A stretch of 64,000 nt of DNA from contig JAYWIR010000003.1 in NCBI GenBank assembly GCA_036172245.1, positions 62,001-126,000 of the forward strand. Reading direction: 5' to 3'. The position numbers were made by a program, and so were the translations under genes. Source of the stretch: Raillietiella orientalis. Lineage: Eukaryota. Shown piece by piece: positions 36,215 to 49,312 of the stretch (the stretch's first letter is position 1; every line of letters begins with the position of its first letter). The notes below the pieces were generated by a model. That model searched no databases and had not been told where the DNA came from. It was given only the letters and a program-made list of their open reading frames with translations.

Positions 36215-39200
36215 ATGGATTCGAAAGATATGCAGTTATATACGGGTGCGCGACTGGAAGCAAAAGATTTTACCGAAAAATGGTAGGAATTTTTTTTCAT
36301 ATTCTCGTGATCCAGTTGTAACTTTGTTAATTATGACCCTTGTTCCAACCAAGGGAACGCCTTGGTGTTTTTAGAACGTAAAAAGTGCTTGCCCAACTGG
36401 GAGTTTTATTTGTGGCCATGTGTCTTGCATAATACCAGTTTTTAATTTGTTGAATGAAAAATATAACTGTACTTGAATTGAAATTCACGAATGAAGCGTA
36501 CCTTTCCTGTAGGTATCCAGTAAGAGTGGTTGAGGTTGACTTCGAAGAAAGGGAAGTCTTAGTTCATTTTGAGAAGTGGTCTTCGAGGTTTGATGAATGG
36601 ATAAAAATAGATAGTGATAGGCTGCGACCGAGTAAACACCCAGTGAAGTTGTGAGTTCATATTTTGAACTTTTCTGAAAAAGCACATGCAATGCCAAGTG
36701 TTCCAAGTCCTTTATAAATAACGCCTTGAATATGTTTTTCATTTTGTGCGCTCTTTCATTTCTTTTGTTTACATCTGTTGTTTTTTTAGCAAAGTGAAAA
36801 AAAAGACATTCAATATTGGGGATAAAGTACTTGCCCCATGGAGTGATAATAGACGTTATCCTGCTAAATTAATCAGTAAACATGCAGATGGTAAGTAAAC
36901 TATAATCTGTATTATAGTAGCATGTTTTTGATAGGCATGTGTGAGATCATTTTTTTTGATGGCTTCAAAAAGGTTATTAAGGAAAGTAGCTTATATGAGC
37001 TATCTGCTGAGCAGCTTAAGAATGTGGTCAGTAAATAATGCTCTATTCTTCCGTAACACCAGTTTCAAGGGGGTTTTATTTTCTAGGAGTTTCATTCCAC
37101 CCCGGTGTTTGCTCCAATTAAAAAAACTTTTCCAGAACCGGTAATTAGTGGTTCGAAAATTGTAAATAACCAAAAGTCAGAAAATAATGCATCCAAAGTA
37201 ATCACTCAAGAATTACAAAATTACTATGACCTTATTGGTACCAAAGAAGAAAGGCGAAAGAAGAGCAGAAAACTTATTTTAACTGAATTGCTATCTCACC
37301 AGAGGAGGAAGAGAAGTCAAACTTCAAGACCACCTTCTGGTGAGTGCATTGTATTGAGGGAAGCATTTGTCATGGTCCAGCATAGACTGAACCAGAATAC
37401 ACAAAAGATTGAGTTGTCAAAATCACTATTTGCATTTATTTATCTTCAGTAAGACACATCACAGGTTCTCCTATCTCAGCTAGCAGTTTTAAAGCCACAA
37501 TCCAGACAGGGATGGAAATACTGTGTACTAATCTCAAAGTATTTTCAGATGCAAAGTTGCAGTCTAGAATCAGTATACTTTACTCTCATGCTAGGATTTG
37601 TTTCCTATTTAGAGATATACTTTTATCATTTGGTATTTAGATATATTTGTAATGCTTACATGCAGTGTTCCTTAATTTTGGTTGATAAACTACAGTTCTT
37701 CATAGTTTTAAATCAGTTTCCAAAGATTCTTTGAGGTAGTCTTTTTGTTTGGGATATTTTCTTATTTCTACCTCCATGTGTTCTCCCATCTGATTTTGTC
37801 GCAGGTTGTCTGTGTTCACTCTGATATTTGGAAAAACTAGAAAACTGCACATTTGTTGATTGACATAATTACTCATGAGCACCAAGGCTAACATCAGTAT
37901 TACTGGGATTTACTAATTTGTATCTTAATTATTAATGAATGCACTCATTAAAATGATCACCCTGAAAAATCACACAGAAAGCCTTCATATATTAATATTC
38001 TGAAGTAAGCTGCCTGATATTTTAATCCCATCAAAACTGTTTGGAAACTGGGAGAAGTATCTGACACAAGGTGAAAGATTGTCTTAGGGGATTGTACTAT
38101 CATGTTTCAAATATGCTTTATGTGTTTGTGCCAAAAATTTTCTTTTTTTTTCCAGTTCATTTCATATTTGCATTCTGTGAATGTTATTAATGGTTGTTTG
38201 TGCTCATGTTTTTTGCAATCAGTGTGGTTGTTAGAATTAGTTGTTAGAATGGTATCTTTAAGTATCTGACAAACTGCTTCATTTGAAGTGAAACTTTTGT
38301 TTTCTCCCCAGTTGCCTGCTTTTGCATGTGTATTTATCATTTTTAATGGAATATTGTTTTACTCATGCATGGCCTTTTTTTTTTTTCTTTTCTTTTACAC
38401 ATTTCTATGTATTCAAAATTTAGGGTTGTTGGTATATTTTCACAGTATGTGCTCTTGGAGAGAACTGACATTTAATGTCTAGATCAATTTTGAGTGGCTT
38501 AATGAAATGTTATTAGGACACTGAAGAACCCCATGATTGAGGTAGTCTGTATCGTACTTGAAAGATGCGGATTTTATTTTAATTTTTATAACTTGAGAGC
38601 AGTATTTGATATTTGAGTTGTGGAGACTAGAAAGTTACCTCTGCATCAGTATGCTTGAGAAGATAGTGGGTATTTAGCACTTTCATAAAATAACCAATTC
38701 ATGAAAACATATTTTTCATAAGATTTTTCTGACTAAGAGAAATGTCAAAACCTACTGATCTATAAAATAATAGCATTCTGATGCAATTTTGTTTGATGGT
38801 TTTGAGGTATGAGATTCTTGTTTTGTTTTATACATATATATATTGACAAGTAGGATAGTAATGGAAAATTTTAGCAAGCTAAGGCATAGTAAAGAATCCA
38901 GAATGTTTTTTTGAAAAAATCATTTTTGTGTGCACTTAGATTTAGTCCCGGAAACAGTTACACAGAATATATTCACAGCTAGCACTCCCCGCTCTTCTGC
39001 TTCCAGTCCATCTTCTGCAAGATCCTTTTCAGGAAGTGAATGTGATTTGTTAGCAGCAGATTCATGTTCTTCTCCAGGTAGGAATTTCAGTGGAATGTTT
39101 CTGTTTTCATGAATACTCAAAAATTTATTTGACAGATACTAGCTGAACAGCTAGTTACTATTTTGGCTTATTTTGGTTATTTGGCTATTTCTGGGGGCTT

Positions 39201-40885
39201 ATTTTGGTTATTTGGCTATTTTGTCTTTTTGCTTCACCATTATGGAGTTGAATGATTGGACCTCAAAATTCAGTCATTCTTTTCTAGATTTTACAGCAAC
39301 AAGGTTGAGTCCTCTTATAAGAACAGGAGAATTTACATGCAAGGCTACTTCACAAGTATGTAACTGCACTCTTAATGAATGTTGGCAACCATGTAGCTTT
39401 ACTATAGACATATCCTAAGTGTCAGTATAGTGAGGACAATCCAGGATCAGTGACTGTCATTCGCATGAGACATGATAATCTTGAATTAGCTGTTCAGACA
39501 AGCCCCAAAGTGCAAAAGAAAGAAATGAAGAGCAAAACCAACAAGAACTTTGCAAAATTTTGTGTGGATGAACCACAAAAGCCTTCTTTCTTGCAACAAC
39601 ACAATAGTTCTTCCAAATTCACTTCATCCATAGACTCAGTTCAGGTTCCAAAGGCATCTTTCCCTCTAATGGAAGATGGAGTCAGGGCTGCAGACAGTGA
39701 TCATGCAGATGAAGGGATCTTGTGTGAAAATCCAATGCTAACATTTGAATTGGATAATGAGAACAACTGTTTGAAACCCTCCAGTCCCAAACACATTCTT
39801 TGGAAAAACAGGAAAAGGAAGCCATCTAGAATGTTGAGCAGCAGGCACAAGATCAGACGTCATGCCAGTCAGAAATTAAATACAAACAGTTCTGTTCATT
39901 CAAATGATGGGGATACAGAAGATCTTAAACCAATGTTAAACGCTCAGCACTCTTCAGATAGGTTGCTTCCTTCAGCTACCTTTCATGCAGCTGATGGTAT
40001 GCCCAGGTGTTTAGAGGCTGGCTCTCCTGATGTTGCTGCATCTCCATGTCGACCAGCAGAGGAGGCTCACCATTCTGGTGGTAAATGACATAAGTGTCAT
40101 CATTAAAGACTTGGGTTCCCAGTCAGTTTACAGATGAGGCATATGGCAAATGGTGACTCTACTGCCATTTGCACTTATTGCAATGCTGATGCTAGCAACT
40201 CCTTGACTCCATGCAAATTCTGTCAGCATTGGCAACATAACCACCATCAGTCAGCACCTGTATCTCATGTTTACTCTTCTTGTGAATCCCTTCCTGAGGC
40301 AGATGCTACTGAAATCCAGAACAAGAATTTGTTGCCTTGGTAAGAAGAGCATTCTCGCTGGTATGCATCCTGTTATATTCCAAGAGCAGTTTCCCATCCA
40401 TGGATGTACTTGATGACCATTTGAAATTCATGAAGGAAGCAGATATGCTCACCAATTCTGTTTTGCAACTGCAAGAAGATTTGCATAATTTACAACGTCA
40501 GCTTGTTTTAGCAAGGTATGTAACTGAACATCTTGACATGCGAGTTTCCATTTTGTTAGCCAGGAGATACCCCAAGAATCTGATAATCCAACATGTTCAG
40601 AAACAAAAACACAGATTCCAGTTGCACTGGAAAACCATTTAAAGGAAATGTTGAAGCTACAAACATCTTTAGAAAACAAGCTGCTTCTGTTAGAACATGC
40701 TGTTCAAGGTGGGTTTGTGATGTGTACTTTCCCTTATCTTTGGTGCAGAATTGCAGAAATCAACTGAGGACAACTGGGGCTGTAAAGATATTTCTGAAAG
40801 CAAGAACCAAATAAAGAACTCTCTACACTTGTTAGAAAGAGGCTTAATGACTGTTCAACAGGCTGCTAATAAAGATGGGATTTGA
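36215..40885 (+). CDS. PHF20/PHF20L1/MBD-R2-like tandem-Tudor chromatin protein (NSL complex subunit-like), about 719 aa
   Basis: Exons 36215-36282, 36513-36650, 36790-36890, 36935-37026, 37087-37339, 38940-39077, 39288-39355, 39408-40080, 40123-40339, 40390-40515, 40560-40708, 40749-40885 (total 2160 nt, in frame). Tudor1 '[43 protein letters not shown]', Tudor2 'IGDKVLAPWSDNRRYPAK...FFDG', PHD-like 'CTYC...CKFCQHWQH', and C-terminal helices like PHF20. Middle exons are less certain. Confidence 0.8.
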
Positions 40886-40892
40886 GTGCAAT

Positions 40893-40898
40893 TTTATT
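40893..40898 (-). terminator. Probable RpL18 polyadenylation signal
   Basis: AATAAA on the minus strand (TTTATT on plus), 10 nt after the RpL18 stop. Confidence 0.65.
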
Positions 40899-40908
40899 TG
40901 CGACAATG

Positions 40909-41988
40909 TTACTTTTTGTAACCCTTGTTACGTCTGCGTCCTCTGGCCCTTTCAAATTTTCTACCCTTCGAGCGTACATATGGTTTGGTGTGGCTATGAG
41001 GGGCTCCTGGTGCAGGACCAAAGTGTCTCACAGCTTCACGAGCTTTCCTTGGACCTACAAAGGGGATACGCATATTTGCACCAATTCACCAGTGAATGTA
41101 CCTTGCATAAGTACTGTGTTTTTTCCCAAAGGGCTTTTAAGAGCCAACTGATCAAATGTCAATATTTGGCCTCCAGCTTTAAGAATTCTAGCTCTGGCTC
41201 TTTCTGTAACTCTCAAGGCACAAACCTAAAAAGCCAACCATCAATGAAAGTACAAATGATCAGACAACGTGACATACACGGAGCAAAATTCTAGAACTTT
41301 ACGATAAACAAGCATCCAAAGAACTTTTCTCAGTTAACTACCAAATTTACCTTTAACTTGGGCACTCTCAACATTCTAATGTCATCTGTGATGACTCCAA
41401 CAACCACAGCAATCTTATTAGGTCCAGCATGCTTCACAAATTTTGCTACTCTAGATAACGCTATGGGAGGTCTGTGTATTCTTGACATAAACAAGCGTTT
41501 CAAAATAATTTTGTTGAACTTCTTTCCCGTTCTTCTGGCCAAGTAACGGTACAACTAAACACCAGATGTATGTATTCAAAATCAAGAACACATAAGCAAA
41601 CGCAGTTCAAGTTCACAATTACCTCTTAATGACACTTACCTTTACTAGCAACCTAAGATAAATATCCTCAGATTTCGGTTCTCTACGTACAACCTTACGG
41701 TCATTCTTGTGGCATATATCAATACCCTAAAAAATAGGAGAACAAATGTTGGTTTGAAAAAATCAACACCGATGAGCTACGATACATAGGTATCTGTGTG
41801 CAAAATTCAAAGATAAGAATTTATTTTGATATCATTCGCTTAATAAGAAGTCTTGATGATGTAATCAAACGTTGGCTTACAATTTGCCCTTTAAGAGTTA
41901 CATAATCTTTAACATGTACTGTGCTTTAAACTTTAAATGCCCGAAAATACAAAAAAATTAAATAACAAAGGAGAATTCGAATTACCAT
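40909..41988 (-). CDS. RpL18: 60S ribosomal protein L18 (eL18), 187 aa
   Basis: Exons (plus-strand coordinates) 41986-41988 (ATG), 41640-41726, 41351-41554, 41102-41225, 40909-41054. Translation [39 protein letters not shown]...[12 protein letters not shown]...[10 protein letters not shown]...[29 protein letters not shown]. All introns GT-AG. Confidence 0.97.
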
Positions 41989-43199
41989 TTTTACATCGAC
42001 TGCAGCACACGACACAGGAACCTCTCACATCCGTAAAACAGAAATACCAAAAGGGATTTAGAATGATTACCCTCGCACATACAAATCTAAAATATCTTTG
42101 AACAGATGCAGCTACTCAAAAAAAAATACAAACCAGAATACTGTGTGAAACACTTTAACTGGAACAAGAATCATCTTTGAATACCGAATTTTATTCAAAT
42201 GTAGCTAATTTCAATCATGGATACTGTTAATTAATCTTGGAAACAATACTGCGACTCTTACTCATAATGTAGTACACTTTTGACACTCTTGTTATCCATA
42301 CGAAAAAAAAGGGAAACATATTATACTTTTTCTGATTGTTGTCGATTATTATGTGTATTTTCATTTTTGTTCTATTTTCAAATTATCCTTGTTCACCCAA
42401 TACTTTTCTACCAAATACTTTTAAACCAACAATAAATGTTTTCCGAAGGCTATTTCTTCAAGGGCAATTCGTGTAATAAAATGGACTATAGTAGAACAGT
42501 TTCAGTAGGCAAATAAAAAATATAATTGCAATTACTCAGTGAACAATTGTATGGTTTCTCTCATATTATATAGTAATTGAGAGAAAGGGAAAAAAAAACA
42601 AATGCGTATGCACTATTATTGTATTGAAGAACTAACATAAACAGAAAAATAAACATAAAAACAACAACAGAACTAGAAAAATAAAATTCTAAGAAGTTAC
42701 TTTAACGCTGGAACAGTAGACCAACCACTCAAGCATTCTTTGACTTGGAAACCAATTATGAGCAGTGCTATTCCGGGGAACGCACCCTGAAATTAGTGGC
42801 AGTGTACTTTTTTCCAATTCAAATCATTTGGGTCTTACTTCGTCAAGAATATCTCCGCCAGTTATATAATAGGGATGTACATGGTCATGAAAAATACTTT
42901 TGTACACGTGTATACTTCCTGTATTAAATATAATCTCTATAAGTAGCTTACAAGCAAATTTCTGAAGAATTTTAAATTTGTATCGTATCAAAAAGTTTGT
43001 ACCCAAGAAATTTCATGAACCAGTACTTCATAAAGTAGATTCCATGATAATTTTTCAGGTTTACTGCCACTTGGAAAAATCGGTCACAGAGTTTGAGGAT
43101 GCATGACAGAGGAAGGAGGACAAATATCGTGAACTGGTTGTTTATCCATTTCTCTTTCAGAGTTGCACAGATATCTGTGTGTGTGTTAGATCCGATGAT

Positions 43200-46010
43200 T
43201 ACCAGAGAGCAGGTTCTCTGGAATCATTAGATCTTCAAGACAGAATTCTACGACGAGTTAAGATCCTCCGAACAAGGAGCAGATCAGATGTGAAATGGTG
43301 TTATTTACTGTACAAGATAGCAGGAATATATATTAGGCACATCGTCTGGGTCTCAGAGTCATCAGACTTTCGCTATGAATTGGGCATATCACGAAAGAGC
43401 TGAAGCAACTCTGTAACACCGACGTGGGCCTCAGCAAACAGTTCGCAGTAAACGCAATTCAAACACAATCGATAACACCACCTGAGCAAGCAAAATGCAA
43501 AGGGAAGGAACTGGGGAACCTTACAGAAACCGCAGATCACAGATCGTGTGACTTGGTCTGTGGTGTGATTCGTCGTCACAACATGGAGACTAGTCAGCAC
43601 GAATCTCTCTGAATGGAAGAAGTAAAAGGGGAGGCAGGATTTAATCCCAAATTATTCCTTCATTGTGTACACCAAACCTTTCAAAGTAAAACACGGAGAT
43701 GACAGCGCTGCGTCTAAGATGTGACAGATGCACAGGTTCTTTCTTTTTGGTTTTGAATTATCTCTGAGAAGGATATTCCCAGATGCACCGATGCATGTGC
43801 ACTCAGGTGACTACCACCTCCTTCCACTAAACTCCGAACTTAGCGGGGAGGAAGGACATCACTCATTGTCTTTCAGGAGGGCGACTATCTGCTTCAGAGG
43901 AAGGCCGAAGAGTTTTATCCTGCAGCCACTCTGTGGAAATTAGGCTTACCGACATCACTCCTGAGGATCTTGCATGCCAGAAGACTCCGGCGTTCATTCC
44001 CTTAGTCTGAATACCAGGACAAGTCTTTGGAGCCTCCCTCTCCCCTACAGCCCCTCTACAGCTCAGTTGCCTCAGCGTCTGGTTTTGGAGTCCATCATCC
44101 TTAGGCAGAGACACAATGTTCTTTGATCGAACCTTTGACCCTCCTAGGGAAGTCATTTGTCCAGCTTTTCCTAACGTAGAGCGGGAGGCAAGCAAATAGT
44201 AAGGATCAGAGGAGGAGGCAACTAGTAAGTTCGAAACTACAGTCCCTTCCAGCAACTTACCACCGACGAACGGGCACAGCATCTTCCAGTCTGTCTAAGA
44301 CAGCCGTTCCGTATTTCCGCGAGACAGAATTGTTCTACGGACTTCCCAAGGTACTTGATGGCATCATTCAAGGGGATCTCCAAACGATCCAAGACGGCTG
44401 TCTTTTCCACAACTTTCCGATGGGCGTGACCATGCATTCTTTCCTGTTTACTACCTTTTGGTTACGCTCGGATCTGTTCCTCGGTCAGTCAACTCGAGCT
44501 TCGCCACAGGGAACATGATGGTTAGCAGGAGGAACATGTCGTTCGTGCAGGCGGCTATCCCGTCGTACGTGGACAGGATCGTGACAGAGTCGCCCGCATG
44601 CGTTCAGTGCTGTTCTAGGCTGCTGGATAGGTTACTGCTGCCCCGCTCTTCTTCCACATTTTTTTACAGGAACACTCCACATGTGGGGACTTTTGCAAGA
44701 GGTATTTACGAACTTGTTGCTCCACTTGGCATGCAGATACGAGAACCAGTTGGGCGAAAGGTCTGGACGTTCCTTGAGTCCCTGTTCCTACCACCTTGGA
44801 CCTTCTTGATCTGGAAACTCTCCCGTACACTCTCGTTTTGCAAACAGAATGAGTCTGTGCGGAGAACAGGATGGTATCCGTGCTCCATTCGGGAGCTGCA
44901 CATGTCTGCTCCGGCCTCACCAAGTATGAACCTTTACTCATGCGAGGAGCGCTTCTTATAGCTTGCAGAGGGACTTGGTGTCCATGGTCACGAGGAAAAT
45001 TGGCTACTAGCTGCTCGGATTGCGTTGATGTCCTCCCGGAGAGCATGTCACTTGTCTCTCGGATGAGATCTCCATACCTCTTGCACTAGGGAGCCTAGCT
45101 CGGCCTTCAGACACCAGAAAGACTGACGGCACATCATCCTCTCCCGATGCACTAGCTCTGTCCGGCTCTCCGCAGGTCGCGACGATCTCTAGTCATACTT
45201 AAGTGCATGCCTACCTTGATGGGACTGGAGCTCATCTCCAGAAGCTTCTAAGAGAGGATGTGCTTTACCAGCACTTCCGTGTGGATGGGAAAATAGAGTT
45301 TCCGCAATAAGTGCAGCGCTCCAGTTCAAGCCGAACCTTCCTGGCTGCTTACTCGCTGAAAACCTGCTGAACCCTGAGCGTCGACGGTCTCGCAAGCAGC
45401 CAAGTAATGCATCTCCCCGATTCTGGATTGGGTGGCACCTGCAAACGACAAGGTGTTTCAGTCCGAAGTTTGGAGCTGTGGCACAGAGGATACTAGATGA
45501 ACAAACGACAGGTCACATTCTAAAATGGTCAATGAAACCCTCGAGGTAGTTCCGAGTAAAGTGGATTGATTTTACTCTAGGCTTAACAGCCGCGTAGGCG
45601 AACGGACTTGTTCTGCAGATCTAGGAGGGAGTGTACAGGTATTTCTTAATATTATTTTGCAACTATGTTTCCTGTGGTTTCCATACCAAGTGCGATAAAG
45701 GTAGAACATCAATGAGAATATTCTCCTCTTTCGAGTCTAAGGTTAGATGATGAGCCTACAAGACGTCGCAGTAGCAACTGCTTTATCTGGACCCACATCA
45801 CTGGATATCTTAAAGATATCAAATGAGAAAAAGTTTTGACTCATTCTCTTCACATCTGAGACCAACAATAAATGCTGATGTGGTCCACTGCATCATGAAT
45901 CCTAGATCCTCAGGTCAGCTTCATTTACCTACGAGACTGTTACGACTCAAGTAAAATACATCGATTTTGAGATAGATCTACTTCACACGAAACTATCAGA
46001 TCTACCAAAG
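43200..46010 (-). mobile_element. Degenerate L1/Tx1-like LINE ORF2 between RpL18 and CDC45
   Basis: Ordered decayed motifs: APE-like 'VDLIVSCE' and 'SKIN...FIDH'; RT 'DQE', 'AACTND', 'KYLG'; post-RT 'LGGSKVRSKNIVSLPKDDGL'; terminal 'CGFC' knuckle. Many stops and frameshifts. Confidence 0.6.
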
Positions 46011-47279
46011 CAAAATAAAATTTGGAGTTACATTCAGTTCAGTGTTCTGATTTCCTAGAAAATTATGCTTTTTAAAATTTACTTTCAATTTGTGTAGTTA
46101 ACTCTTGAAATTGCTACAGAATTGTCAAAGCAACTATGTTGAGCGCTAATGAAACAGAAGAGCAGATTTAAAATTGGGGTTTAAGGAAAAATCACACTTC
46201 ATTGCTATAACTCCTTATGAGTCCTATAAACAAAGGTTTTATCTGTTACATCTAAAAAGACTACGTTATTTGTTCATCCTGAGAGAATGTAAAATACTGT
46301 GCTGCTTCAGAAACTCAACCACAGAATCATTTAAATACGTCATGAGTCAAGTTATATTAGCCAGCTGTTCTCTTGATTTTGGGTCTTCTTATTATGTTCT
46401 TCTGCGTTTGTTTTCTTGTCATGTATAAGCATGACACGATCACTACTGTTATATTTCAAATGAAAGGGTGCTAAAATTGATTTGCAACTCACTGTCTTTA
46501 TGTTTTCCAAGTTCATTCATTTTTAAATAGCATTCTGTATAATGCAGGAAACTATCATTTTCAAAATTTAATTGTTGATAAATTTGTGAGTATGAACTCC
46601 ACTAGACATGTGGGATACATGGTGAATTGGCAGCGATTTTCTCTCCCTATCATGTGGATCATGGATTCTTCCAACTAGGTGATCCTAAAACGCTTTGCAT
46701 GGGCTTCGGGAATTCACTCACAATCTTTTTTATTTGCTTTTGTCCCAATTTTGATTTTTAACTCATAAAGTTAAATATTTTATGGGATTTCATTTTCCAG
46801 CTGAATTGCGTAAAAGAGTATACTCCGAAGTGTGCTTCTTTGCCTCATTTTGTTTTAAGTGTTTTCGTTTCATGGGAAATGTTAGTAGTGGGTATGAATG
46901 ATGTAATTTGATTTGGAGGATTTAAAAAATATTAAAAAAGTAAGCTCATATTCTGCTGACGCAGAATAACTAGATTCAGAAGCTCAAATTTCTAGAAATT
47001 TCTTTACACATTTTCATGTTTGCATTTTCGTGATAATTCATCTAGAATATCATGGATTAGATTAGATTTCTTACGACACGAAGGATAAAACAGACACCAT
47101 CGGAGTTAATGTTTTGTTGTATTTTATCAATATCAGTATCATCTGAATGGTTTATATAATGTAATTAAGTATATGTAATTAAACTCACAGTTAAATCTTT
47201 CTTGCTCACGGTTTGTGAGGAAATGACAACAGTTCTGACAACTTCGGAAAATTAAGAATCTGATGACTCTGCACGTAAC

Positions 47280-47290
47280 TTGGCGGGAAA
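47280..47290 (-). promoter_or_regulatory. E2F binding site in the CDC45 promoter
   Basis: TTGGCGGGAAA (reverse complement TTTCCCGCCAA, matching the TTTSSCGC consensus) about 330 bp upstream of the CDC45 ATG. Replication genes are typical E2F targets. Confidence 0.6.
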
Positions 47291-47618
47291 CCTGCCTAAG
47301 TAACTACGTGATATTCAGTCGTTGCTGCCTTGGAGTTTTCGTTTAGTGGGGCAGAAAGTTAACCGAATTCAGTCTGGTGATTTCTGTGTAATTGAAGCTA
47401 CGCCAATAGGGATCCGTAAATTAAGCCAAAGAATCTTATGTAAGTAACATTACAACTTTTAAGTGTAATGCCCAGGTTATTGATTGATGTTAATCATAAG
47501 CATTTCTTTTAAGAAGTTTCACAAGCCTGCATAGAAGCCATATATGTGAACCCTCAGGTTGAATGTAATGTAATGCTATCAATGATACTTGCTGAAATGC
47601 ACTCACAAGTGAGAAGAG

Positions 47619-49271
47619 ATGTTTATTGCAAATTTGAAAAAGGACTTTTACTTCAATATAGTTACAAAGGTATGTGGACATTGCTTAAGTTCTTTGTTAT
47701 GCAGAAATTTCTAAAGAGACTCTAGTGATTTAAAGAAAAATCGTAAAATTCATTATCATGTACACTATAAAGTGATGAGTTAAAATTGTAATAAACAAAT
47801 CAGTATTATCCATAAATTTTTGTGTAACGTTACTTTACATTCGGGAGTGAATTTTTTTTTCTGATTTAAAAGTTTTAGACGTGTTCTTTCAGAAAATGAA
47901 AGTTTTAAAAGATAAATTCAAGTAATTGTACTTTTTTAGAAAATTCTGATTGTGGTTCATGTGGATGTGGATGGCATTTGTGCATGCACAATTCTTCAGC
48001 ATTTGCTGCACAATGATAACGTACTTTACACTTTAGTCCCCGTAGGTAATCAAGAAGAACTCGTTAAGACATTTGAAAATCACAAGGAACAGGTCTGAAT
48101 TTAAGTTAGCAATTTATAGATGAAAATGCATTATTTGCTTATTCATCAATGTAAACTGATATATGTAAATTAGAAATAATTCTCATAAATGTCAAGTCTT
48201 CAAATCAATGAAAGCCTACATGTTTTCTTTCTGTGATTTTCATGTTGGCTGTAGTTTTTGAAATTATTCAGTAGTTGTAAAAAATTACACAAGTTTAAAA
48301 GTTTAAGTCAGTGTTTCTTTTACTGGTGCCCTTTTCAGTGACAAACTAAGGAGGGGCCTTTTCGCCTTTAACGTTAATTATAGGAGAAATCTGTAGTACA
48401 GTAAAGGTCTAATTAGAGGGTATGATGATAATGATTTATTATGCAAAGAAAATCTAGTACATTGGATAGTTTGCTCTGTACACTGTAAATAGCTCCAAAA
48501 CTTGATTTTAAACAACACAGTTTATGAGTTGTAGAGAGATGAAAAGGAGTTTCTTTTATGTTTATAAACGAAAAACATGAATGCTGGTATGCACAAACGT
48601 GCATAAGGATAAGAATCATGCATGTTTTCATGTATGAAAGTCAGAAGTCATTAGATTCAGATTGAAAGAGTTTTCTGAAGTACTTTTGGGATACTTGAGA
48701 ATTCGTTCATAATTTTCTTAAAAAAATGCCTCTTAAAAATTGCACATGAAGTTCATAAGTGTTCAGAATTGATCAGTGGAGTCTAGATGAGAGTTTGTTT
48801 TGGATGATCAAAGTGAAATGAAGGAGAGGTGTGGAAAACATAGGTGAAGATTTGAAGGAAAATTAACAGCAGCGTAGGTATAGAGCGACCTGTGGGAAAC
48901 CTGTAGCCTGAGGTTGTCAGAAAGGAATGAGAACAGAAAATTCAAAAGAATAAGTGAATGCATGCCAAGCAGAGAAGTAATTGTTGTCATTGAAAATAAT
49001 AATTCACTAATGAAACAGTAAACTGAAAAGACCCAAGTTGAGATTCCTAAAGAAGCTCTTAAATAAGACTCTGCTTCAAGTACTAAAAGCAAAATTCTTA
49101 AAAGGTTTGGAAATAATGGAATGGGATCAACAATCATCGTTTGGCATGTTTGATTAATCATCTTTTTGATCTTTGATGGCAAAACTGTGTTCCATTAAAA
49201 GAAAGGAAGGATCTCTTGTGTGTTCATAGCCATCACTTGTCAGAAAGTAATTGTTGAGAAAGTTTTTTCTC

Positions 49272-49312
<41 letters not shown>

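Noticed and set aside
41226..41985. Intronic snoRNAs in RpL18
   Set aside because: Only isolated CTGA or ACA words are present, with no convincing box C/D pair or double-hairpin H/ACA fold by eye.
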